The notes under the pieces were generated by a model. The model was not told where the DNA came from and searched no databases. It saw nothing but the letters and a program-made list of their open reading frames with translations. DNA of 64,000 nt. Source: Octopus vulgaris. Taxonomy: Eukaryota. A program made the translations under genes and the position numbers. Where the stretch lies: NCBI GenBank assembly GCA_951406725.2, contig OX597827.1, forward strand, positions 61,814,001 to 61,878,000, in the 5' to 3' direction. This document shows positions 37,015-49,200 of this stretch, piece after piece. Within the stretch, counting starts at the first letter, position 1. Every line of letters starts with the position of its first letter.

Positions 37015-40000
37015 CATACATACACACACATATCTGTGTGTGTGGTATATATCTATGTGTGTGGTATGTATCTGTGTGTGTGTATAGTTTTTATGGTGAA
37101 TTCACAAAATAGTGCAGATAATTCTGTGTCAGCATAAAGATATATACAAGTAAAATTCAGATAACACTAGTAAAATTTGAAGCAAATAGGAAAGAAGTAG
37201 ACAAGATACTATGAAGAATATAGGCGAGTGAAAATATGTGCCTGTAAGGCTTAGAAATGTTCCGTCCAACCCATGCTAGCATGGAAAACGGATGTTAAAT
37301 GATGATGATGATGATGATGATGATGACACATACATGATGGACTTTTTTGAGTTTCCATCTCCCAGATTCTACCAAATCAACTCAAAGCTTTGGTTGACCA
37401 AGGTAGAAGACACTTGCCCAACATGCTGTGGAATGGGACTGAACCTGGAATCATGTGGTTGGAAAGCAAATTTCCTAACCACAGTCATGCTTGCACCCAT
37501 TTTGAATTAATTTTTTTTTATGCCTTAATAATTTTTTTATGCTTTAACCCTTTCATTACAAACCCAGCTGAAACCAGCTCTGGCTCTTTAATATACATGT
37601 CTTGTTTTCATAAGTTTTGAATTAAAATCTTCCACCAAACCTTAGCCACAATTTATGCTCCTAAAACTAGCTTAATGATAAAGTCATTTTACTAAATTAT
37701 TCATTATATTTAAAATAATTGAAAGAAACACAGAGCATCACAAAATAAATTCAGTAATGAAAGGGTTAATCATTTTTTTATTATATAATTATTTATGTAA
37801 CTCATTATCACCTGTTGTCATCAGTGCCTGGGGATCTCATGTTAATAGGGTATCCCATGTAGCTGAACATTGTGTGTGTGTGTGTGTGTTTGTGTGTGGG
37901 CATTTGTATTTACAAGTGTGGATGCATTATGTTTTCCTGTGTTTCTGTAAGTGCTGATATATTTATGTTTGTGTGATGGGTTTAGTTCTGAATATTTGTC
38001 TATATGTGTATGATATGCTTTACAGCGATTTTTTTTCTTCTTCTTCCTACTAATATTATGTCTTCTACCAGGAAGGCTTCAGTCAAGTCTCCCATTCTAT
38101 TTTTACTTCTTTCTCCTCATATCAGTCTCTTCTATCTTCTCTCTGTCCATATGACTCTTCCAAATGCTCCCTCATATCAGCCGTCAGCCACTTGTCTGTC
38201 TTCCTCATCTAGTGCATCTGCCTCCTGTCTTGCCTCTGCCTCCCATGTCTCGTACATCCACTCCTACCTTGTCCTGTACCTTCACGCACTCCTTCCTCTT
38301 CCTCCTGACTTCCATACTCAACTTCAGTCTCTTCGTCTCTCCAATCTCTTACTGTACATTTTACATCTACTTCTCTGTCAGTATGGGTTGGATGGGTATG
38401 AAAATGCAAGCCTTTTGCATGGAATGTTGGAAAACCTTTTTTTTTTTTACAGCTGGATGGCCTGCTCTACCTTAAGCTAATAACACCCAACCACACTATC
38501 AAACCAATAAACAATCCAACCAACTGGCTAGCCAATCAGCTATGGAGTGGTGATGGTGATGGCAATGATAGTTGTGGTGGTGATCACTACTTTTTCTTTT
38601 CAGCTAGGTAGTCACTAGAGATGAGCAAATACCATCATCTTATTGCCATCATCTTGACCGTTATTGCTTTCATCCCTGTTAATGTCACCACACTCATTAA
38701 TATCGCAATTACCCGCATCACCACCTTCATCACCATCATCATCAGCCTCATATTGTAATAAACTGTTGAGCCTTCCTCATCTCTGATTTCTAACTGCTAG
38801 AATGGTACTCGTTTCTCTTGATTTCCCGCTGTTTGTGAAGGGTTATTGAAGTTCCTTACCTGTTCTTTATGTTAGTCTGTTCCTTAACCCTTTCGTTACC
38901 AACCTGGCTGAAACTGGCTCTGGCTCTGAGTACAAATGTCCTGTTTTCATAAGTTTTCAATTCTCAGAACTTTTCACCTTCCTAATTTCATGTTTTTTTT
39001 TTAAATATTTATTTACTATTGAGACATTAGTTTGACAGATTCATTGTTGAAAACCTTGCTGGAATTTTCTTTACTGTTAACCCATTTGTGACCAACCCTT
39101 CTGAAACCTGCTCTGGTTCTAAGTACAAATGGCTTGTTTTCATAAGTTTTGAATTAAAATCTTCCACCAAACCTTAGTCACAATTCCTAACACTAGCTTA
39201 ATGATAACTAAGTTATTTTACTGAATTTTTGTTTATTTAAAATAATTGAAAGAAACACAGCATCTCAAAAGAAAAAAATACGGTAATGAAAGGGTTAAAG
39301 GTTGCAAGCTGGCAGAATTGTTAGCACACCGGTATTTCATCTGTCTTTGTGTTCTGAACTCAAATTCTGCCGAGGTCAACTTTGCCTTTTATCCTTTTAG
39401 GGTTGATAAAATAAGCACCAGTTGGGCACTGGAGTCAATGTAATTGACTTACCTCCTCCCCTGAAATTACTGGCCTTGTGCCAAAATTTGGAACCAATAT
39501 TAATCTGTTCCTCTTGGTTTTTTGTGTTTTTTTCCTTCTGGCTTTTTCTCTTATCTTCTGGTCAGTCTTGATAGAGCAGATGTGTTCATAGGTATTTCAG
39601 CTATGACCAATATTGTGTCTTATGGATTCCATTATCCTATGTGTCCTTTAAGATGGTAGGGTGTAAATTGAGGGAGATTTCACTGTTATTTCTAGCAAGT
39701 TGAGTAACTCCACAGCCACTCCTTCATTAACCCGGTTCCCTTTCTACCTCCTTCTCTTCTTCCTAGAACTGTTGTCTCTCCATTATTAGTTGATCTTGAT
39801 TATGATTTCAGTTGAATTTAACATGCTTTTGACAAGGATTTAAATGTGCGCTAATAATATAGGTAGGTGGCCAAGTGTAAATAGTAGAAAAATCTTCAGT
39901 GAATGTTCCAGCCCTTAACTTTGTGGATCTACTATGCTGCCCTCACTTGGTTTACAAACTGTCTTTTCTCCTGTTCTTCAGGGCTTGCTTGCTTGCTATG

Positions 40001-40206
40001 TCTTTGTCATTCTCAAATTAGGGCATATAGATTCTGTAAAAGTGCCTGTGTGGCACCATGTAAAAGCACCCGTGCAGTTGCATGTAAAGGCAGCCAGCAC
40101 GCTCTGTAAAGTGGTTGGTGTTAGGAAGAACATTCAGCTGTAGAAAGCATGCCAGATCAGACTGGAGTCTACTACAGCTTGCCAGTTCTGGTCAAACTGT
40201 CCAATC

Positions 40207-40242
<36 letters not shown>

Positions 40243-43200
40243 CATGTGTGTATCCATCCATTAATCCATTGATCCATCCACCTTATAATGAATATAGGCG
40301 CTTAATAGAGAAGCTGGCTTGTACAACAAGTAAAAGCAGCTGTGCAATCTCACATAAAAGCATCTGTGTAGCCTCATGTAAAAGCACCTGTTCGGTGCCA
40401 TGTAAAGACACCCATGCAGTGCCACATAAGAGTGCCTGTGTAGAGCCATGTAAAAGCACCTGTGTCAGGCCATGTAAAAGTGTCTGTGTGGCGCTATATA
40501 AAAGCACCCGTGCAGAGTCACATAAAAGTGCCCATGCAGAGCCACATAAAAGTGCCCATGCTGTGCCATGTAAAGGATATCGTGCAGCGCCATGAAAAAG
40601 AGCGTGTGCAGCGCTTGTAAAAGCACCTGTGTGGAACCACATGAAAGCACCCATGTAGTGTCGTGTCAAAGCATCCAGCACTCTCTGTAATGTGGTCGGC
40701 ATTAGGAAGGGCATCCAGCTGTAGAAACCATGCCAGATCAGACTGGAGTCTGGTGCAGCTCCTCAGCTTGTCAGTTCTGGTCAAATCTTCCAATCCATGC
40801 CAGCATGGACACTGGATGTTAAATGATGATGATGATGTGTGTGTGTGTGTGTGTGTGTGTGTGACTATTACAATGAACACAGTGGACAGAACTTGAATAA
40901 AGGTGCATAGTTGAAAATAGATGGACTGGGGTACCACTTTGAAGGGTTTGGTCGAACAAATCAACCTCAGTACTTATTTTTTTTTAAAGCCTAGTACTTA
41001 TTACAAACAAATCATCTATGCAGGGTTTTCAGCAAGAATTTGTGGAATCCTCATGTATCGTCCTTGACAAGTGAAGTCCTCTATGTCACCATCTATTTCC
41101 ATCCTGTCTGTGCAGGCGCTGGCATAGCTGTGTGGTGAGACCACATGGTTCCAGGTTCAGTCCCACTGCATGACACCTTGGGCAAGTTTCTTCTATTATA
41201 GCCTTGGGCCTGCCAAATCCTCGAGTGGATTTGGTAGACGAAAACTGAAGGAAGTCTGTTGTGTGTGTGTGCGTGCGTACGCACTCACTCACTCACTCAC
41301 ACACACACACACACATTTCAGGTTCAATAGTTATGGCCAGGATATTATTGAAGTTAGGGGGTTATATGTTTTGAGTTTAAGTTTTCAGGTACTGGTTATG
41401 TAGTTGTGTGTGTGTTTGTGTGTTGTGTGTGTGTGTTTGTCCCCTATCACTACTTGACAACCATTGTTGGTTTGTTTACATCCCCATCAGTTAGTGGTTC
41501 AGTAAAGGGAACCAATAGGACAAGTACCAGGCTTTAAAAACAAAAATTAGTACCTGGGTCAAATTCATTTGACTAAAAATTCTTCAAGGCAGTGCCCCAG
41601 CATGGCCACAATCTAATAGCTCAAACAAGTAAAACAAATGAAAGAGGGTAGATATATGCTGTTTGAAGTGTTATAAAATTGATCTTTATTAGATTCTCAA
41701 GATATCAAGGCATCAGTGCCTGTCGTTCAGAGAAATTCGGCTGCTGCATAGACGGTGTAAAAGCTATCACATTGAAACCCCTATTCACATGTGTGTGTGT
41801 ATGTGCATGCATGCATGTGTGTATGCCTGTTTGTGTGTTTGTGCCTGTGTGTGTGTGTATGCTTGTTTGTATGTGTGTGTGTGTGTGTGTGTGTGTGCAT
41901 GCATATTTGTGTACACCTGTTTATGTGTGTGTGTGTTTGCACTTGCATGCATGTGTGTATGCCTGTTTGTGTGTCTGTGCCTCTGTGTGTGTGTTTGTGT
42001 ATGCCTGTTTGTATGTGTGTGCATGCATGTGTGTATACCTGTTTGTGTGTGTGTGTGTGTGTGCATGCATGCATCCCTATTTGTGTGTGTGTGCATGCAT
42101 ATGTGTGTATCCCTGTTAGTATGTGTGTGTGTGCATGTATATGTGCGCATACCTGTTTGTGTGTGTGTGTGTGTGTGTGCACGCATGCATATGTGTATCC
42201 CTGTTTGTATGTGTGTGTGTGTGTGTGCATGCATATGTGCGTATACCTGTTTGTGTGTGTGTACTTATGAGAAAATGAATGATATAAAAAAATAAGACGT
42301 ATGATAATGAAAGAGAGAGAGAAAGAGAGAGAGAGAGGCTGACTTATTAGAGAGCAGATTGTAACAACAACAACATCAAAAAAACATCAAACGTCACCGT
42401 CCAGCTGCAGCATAAATAAATTTGGTCTGCTGGTGTTTCAGGAGGAAGTGCCCAACTCCTGGATGCGATGGGGTTGGTCATGTGACAGGTAAATACTCTG
42501 CCCACCACAAGCTGTCTGGCTGTCCCTTGGCTGAGAAGAACTTTCTGAAGATGGCAAGCAAAGTGAAAGAGGAACCGGATGCCAGCACAGATTCTTCAGA
42601 TACCAAGTCATCGTTGCCTGCTGTTGTCTCTGGCCCTGGACGGAAGAAGTATGCACTTTGTATATATGTATATAAATATATGTATATATATAATATCTTA
42701 GTTTCTGTTTAGTTTTTAATTTTTATTTAAATTTAATTAATTGATTTTTTTTTTTTTTTTTTTTTTAATTATCAACCTGCTTGTTTACATGCTAAGTTAT
42801 AGTGGTTGTGGCCTAGTTACATATTTGTTATTTTAGCTGTGATGACCAAATAGCTTCTCATTTTATTTGGCTTAGCTGTTATTATGACTGGGTCATTCTT
42901 GAGCTATGCTCGTATGGTCATTTATTAGACATAACTATGACCAGATAATCTTCAACTGAGATAGCCTTATTAGCCTTATTTATTTAGCTTAGCTATCATG
43001 ATGAAGTCATTTTAGGCTGTGTTAGTTTGGTCATTATTTGTCATAGCTATAATGACCAGGTCATTTTCAGCCATGATGGCCTGCTCATTTATTTAGCTGT
43101 TGAAATTAACCATCTGTTGAGATGGTCATTTTCGGCTATGGTTCGTTAGCATTCTGGGCAAAATGCTTAGCAGCATTTCATCCATCTTAGTTCAAATGCC

Positions 43201-46200
43201 ATTGGGGTCAACTTTACCTTCCATCCTTCTGGGATCAATAAAGTAAGTACCAGCTGAGCACTGGGGTTGATTTAATTGACTTAGCCCCGCCCTTGAAATT
43301 GCTGGCCTTGTGCCAAAATTCGAAACCAGTTTTCAGCTATGGTGGTTTGGTCATTTATTTGTTCATAGCTGTAATGACCAGAACTCCTGCTGGTTAGCTT
43401 GGCTTGAAGAGTCTGTCTTGTGATTCTGACCTGTGATATTCTAATCACATACCCTAGTTCCGGACATGTGATTTCTAAGTGTGGAGAAGAAGTGGTTAGA
43501 GTACCAGCTGTAGTAGTATAGGCATTTACTCATAGCTGTAGTGATGAGGTCAGTATCAGCTATAATGACCGAGTCAATATCAACTGTAGCAGTTATTTGC
43601 TCATGGCTGTAGTGAACAAGTTGACATCAGCTACAATAGTTTAACCATTTGCTCATAGCTGTAGTGATCAGATCTTTTTTAACTTACTTTTGGTGGCACT
43701 GTCATTTCTCTGCCATAGTTCCAGTGACTAGTTCTTTTTCAGTTATTGTAGCTGAGAATGACCAGATCATTATTAGCGTGTTGGCTTGGTCCTTTTTTTT
43801 TTTATTACTTGCTGGGTTTGGAAGAAGGGGCTTTATGCATGGTTGTCATAGGTTCTCCTAGACCAGTGAAATCGATATTTTCTTGGTCCATTGCAAATCA
43901 CCGCAGCTAAGACATAAGCAAGGGTAGGAATTCTCAAGGGCTGACATTCTGTGAAAACGGGACCAGGCATAGGCATTTGTGCAGGGCCTGAGGTATTGGT
44001 TATAAGGGTGATGTGGAGGAATGCCTGAGTGGTGGCATGGGTGAGTGTGTGTTGCAGCAGCACTGTCCCTGAGAGCAAAACTCCATTGTAGAGCCTTGCC
44101 TGAAATTTGTAGAATATCAAATGTTGTGGGCTGGATTATCTTCTGGCCCTGTAGAGAAGAAGGACTGTTGTTGGGATATATCCCTAAATAAAGGATGGTC
44201 ATATATTTGATTCAGCTGTAATGACCAGGCTATTTCAAGCTGTGAAGGCCTGGTAATATATTTAGCATAATTGTAATGACCAGGTCATCTTCAGTTATGG
44301 TCAGCTAAGGTCACCTTATTTATTTATCTGATGTAACTAGTTGACCACTGTCGATGTCCAGTAAATAATCTGTCTATTTACTTGACATTATTGTAATCAC
44401 ATTTATGGTCATTTGTAGCTTTGATAATAAATTCATTTTCCATATGCATCGACCTAATCATTGACTCAGCATGGCTGTGGGTTCTTTTCGGTTGTAACTT
44501 GATCATTTGCATGTTATATTATATATAACCTGGTCATTAAGTTGGTATAAAATCAGAAAATTATGTATGTAGCTACTTTTAGTTCTGACGATCTGGTCAC
44601 TTATAACTATGTTATAGTGGATATTTATGCTATAGCTAGAGTCAGTTACTCTGAATATCTCAGCATTTACATTTTCTGTAGTGATCAGCAGATTGTTAAA
44701 CCAGTTTGTGGTTGTGACTTGTGGTCAGTTACAGTCTCAGCTGTGGCATCTTGGCCATTTATTTGACTTAGCCGAACCTACTGGGTCATTTCCAGCTGGT
44801 TTATTCCCAGAACTCCTGTTGGTTAGCTTGGCTTGAAGAGTCTGTCTTGTGATTCTGACCTGTGATATTCTAATCACATACCCTAGTTCTGGACCTGTGA
44901 TTTCTAAGTGTGGAGAAGAAGCAGTGGCTCAACCTGGGGAGACTCACTGAGCTTTGAGCTACACCCCCTGTTGAGTATTATTACTACAGAAATCCTTTGG
45001 AAGATCCCCATTTTGCAGCAGTTAGAGTGTCAGGCTCACAATCATTAGGTAGTGAGTTCAATTAGTGGACTGGGCTGTGTGTTGTGTTCTTGAGCAAGAC
45101 ACCTTATTTCATGTTGCTTCAGTTCACTCAGCTGTAGAAATGAGTTGTAATGCCATCGGTGCCAAGCTCTATCAGCTTTTGTCTTTCCCTTCGACAACAT
45201 TTGTGGTGTGGAGAGAGGAGGCTGGTATGCATGGGTAACTGCTGGTCTTCCATAAACAACCTTGCCCAGACTTGTACCTCAAAGGGTAACTTTCTAGATG
45301 CAATCTCATGGTCATCCATGACCGAATGGGGTCTTTACCCTTTTTATTTGCAATTGTACTCTTTTGATCATTACCCGGGATTTGAGACCATAGACGAGGA
45401 TAAGCATGAAAACAGAATTGAAGACGGCAAATTTGGCTTTTTTTATCTACCTCTCTTCTGTTGGGGACCAAATGCCACCTAAGGGTAGACTGAAAATGAG
45501 GTATTTGGATGATATCCATAGTCTCGGTTAGTCACTCTTGGAAATCCAGCTAGAAAGTCTAATGATGGTTGCTTCTGATAGAACCCTGTAGAGGAGGTGC
45601 TTGAGGACTCTATCCATAACCTTCCGAGGAACAGTTGCACGGAGAAGACAGATAGATGGCCAGATTTTCAGCTGTGTTGGCCTGGTTGTTTATTTACCAA
45701 GATAAATAGTTGGTCAGTTTCACTTGCAATGATCCAATCATATATATGGCGGTGTGGTTAAGAAGCTTGTTTCCCTACTACATGGTTTCAGGTTCATTCC
45801 CTCTGTGCATGGCTTCACGGACAATTGTCTTCTATAGCCACAGATCATCCAGTGCCTTGTGGGTAGATTTGGTAGGCGGAAACTGAAAGAAACCCTTTAT
45901 ATATATATATATCCACATACATATGTATGTACACACATTTCCCATCACTGCTTGACATTTGGTATTGGTTCCGCAAACTTAGTAGTTTTGCAAAAAGGAG
46001 ACTGATAGACTAAGCACTCGACTTAAAAATAAGTACTGGGGTTGATTTGCTTAACTAAACCCTTCAAGGTGGTACCCCAACAAGCCACAATCCAATGACT
46101 GAAACAAGTAAAAGATAAAAGATCTGTCTATCTACCTGAGTTTTTGTCAGTTATAGCTGTAATGACCTGGTTATGAACATAGGGGGTTAACCATGTTCTT

Positions 46201-49200
46201 GTTTATCTTAAAACGCTTTTTTTAAAAAGTATTGTTATTCTTGGGGGTGGTCATATTTTGCCAATTAAACACATGCACTGCATGCCTCTCTTCATCTTTA
46301 TTATTATTATTATTTTAGTGTTTTTGTCTAAGCTCTTTCATCACACATCCTGTGACTTATCAATGACTCCCTATCTCATGTCTCTCCTCTTGTTCTGAGG
46401 AGACACATGGGATAGAGAGTCACTGTTGAAGCCACTGGATGTGTGGCAAAAGAGCTTAGACAAAGACACTAAAATAATAATAATAATAATAATAATAATA
46501 GTAATGGGCTACAGCAAATATTCTGCTCAATACCACAGATTTGCATGTCAGTTGTTTGACCTTAACCAGTTGAGCATGTCCCTTAGTGGCTGACGATATG
46601 TACATCTCTGATCATGAGCAGAAGTAGTGGGGGAGCACCATAGCCATGTGTTGAGAGGGATTCTTTGGGGTTTGAATAATTCACCTCTGGAAACATGGGT
46701 GTTTCGTTCAACATCCTTAAACAACCTTTATTCAGGGACCTTTTCAGCAGGATGGGTTACTCAATCAGAAGAAAATTCTAACTGGTCCCCACCTGCAAGG
46801 TCATGTGCTGTTTATCATGATATGAGATCACCATGTCGCGCACATATGGTTGTGATGCATGTGCCTGGTGTACCCTTATCAGACGGGTAGTCATGATGAG
46901 TATACTGGGCTTCGTATATTTTTACCCCAGTGTCACTTTGATGGCATGCACTGCTCTCTCACTCAATAATAATAATAATAATAATTAATTAATTCGTTTT
47001 ATTGGCCACAAGGGCTGACAAAAATTAATTAAAACATAAAGGTGTAAAACACAGGACGAAAGTTACAAAGGGTTTTGTCCGTTTGGAAAAAAGCCCGTGT
47101 AAAAAAATGTGCAATAACAATGAAAATATGTAACAAATAGAACTCCCAATAGGGGGAGGTGCTTCGAAAGGTTACTCGTGGAAAAACCCATAAAAGCCAC
47201 GGGAGCCTGGTCAAAAGTGGGGGTAGAGAGCCCCTTTCTCCTTTTAAAGCTGAAGAGAATACCAAACATATAGAGCATGTGTTTAACTGGCAAAATATAT
47301 CCATCCCCAAGTGTAGCAATATCTGCTTCAATACACGGTTTCACATCAAGAATCTTGAACAACAAATACATAAGTGTAATTTTTTAAAGCTTTTTTTTTT
47401 TTTTTCTTAAACCTAGAAATACAAATTTAAATAAAAAATATATTTATAGAATTTTATATTAATATCCTATTAGTTTTAGAATATGTGTGTGAATGGTGTT
47501 TTTATGTGCTTGCATGTTTGCATGCTTTTTGTTTTGGATGTTTGTTTTGTTTGTTGGTTGGTTTGTTCACATGATAACCAAAATTAGATAGCTTTCTTAA
47601 TCTTAGTGATATTTTGTAATGGTTTTTGCAGCAGTGATGAAGAACTTCCATTATCCAATGATGTTGTTGATGATGATGATAATAATAGTGGCGACGAGGA
47701 TGAGGTGGCTAAGCTGCAATCGGATTAGAACCAGAATTGCTAGTTGTCGGATTTGTGGTTGTTGCTGATGTTTAGCTCCAGGTCGATGAGCAAACCTTTG
47801 CTCAAATGCATTCCAGCCATGTTCATCCGATAATTTAGTTTTAGGCACAGTCTATCTTGTAGTACATATCCAAAGTGTCCTTTTTAAAAAATAGTAGGGT
47901 GTGACTTGACTGCTATTTCTAGCAGAATAACTGACCACATAGTGAGCTTCTTCATTGACTCCATAGAATAGTTAGTGGCTGGTTGTGGTTGTTTTTCTGT
48001 TGTTGTTTGGTTCTAAGTCAGCTTTGATTGAGCAGACCTATCACGAGAGACATTCCAACTTTGACCATCTAGTCTTTTTCATATGTTGAGAGAACCTGGG
48101 GCAATATTATCCTTAGTAGTTTTTTTTTAAGATGGTAGGGTGTGATATGAGGGAGATTTGGTTCTATTTCCTGCAATAGCTTTGTGAGACGCTATCGTAC
48201 ATTAAATTCAAATAACGATGAATGTAAACAAACAAACGAAGTTTGCTTTAGAAGCGTTGAGATGTCTTAGAAAGTTAAAGAAGTGATTTTAAATTCTCAA
48301 TCGCAGGATAATGCTAATAATATAGCCCGAACAGGATAAGCTACCCCTATTTTGCACAAATAAGTGTTGGCAGCCGGCTGTTCTTATCATCATCATCATC
48401 ATCATCATCATCATAGACACTTCTTTCAAAAGTTCCTGTGTTTGTTATCACACATTCACCTGTGTCGTTTAAACTATGTAAAACATTTGAAAAAGAACCT
48501 GAGCTGTTTCTTGCAATAAACTATGTAAAACATTTGAAAAAGAACCTGAGCTGTTTCTTGCAATACATACATCTAAAGCAAAAAATTTTTCTTGGATCCT
48601 TAAAATATTACCACGGGCCCCCAGTTTACTATTTTGCTTGCTCGGACCACTAAAAAATCTTATATGCACTCTCAGGGGTCGTATGGATCCCAGTTGAGGA
48701 TCATTGATGTAAAGTCTTTTACATTGGTCACTAGCTATGGTATTTTCAGGAAAATCCTATTTTAGAAGTAAACTAGTTGTCCTCTAGAAAATTTAGATTT
48801 TAAATTAAGATACAACTTCTTTCCCACTCTCACATTCTGTTCGTTATTGAGATTGTGGATGGCTGAGGTACCATTGCTGTCATTGCTGGCACTATTATTA
48901 TCACCATCATCATCATCATCATCGTCATCATGATCATGGCCACTAATTGTTATCATTATTGCTCTCATTGTTGTTTGTTATGATTGCTGTAACCCACATT
49001 GTCATTATCATCATTACAGTTACTGTCATCGTCATCACCACCATCATCATCATTATCACCACCACCACCACATTGCCACTATCACCATCATCATCATTAT
49101 ATTAAAACTACTGACCATTTTTCTTGTTCATCAAACAAACCACTTACTCTTTGACCCTATTTCGTCCCTCCCCTGCCCCTCTTCCTCTCTGGACTTCTGT

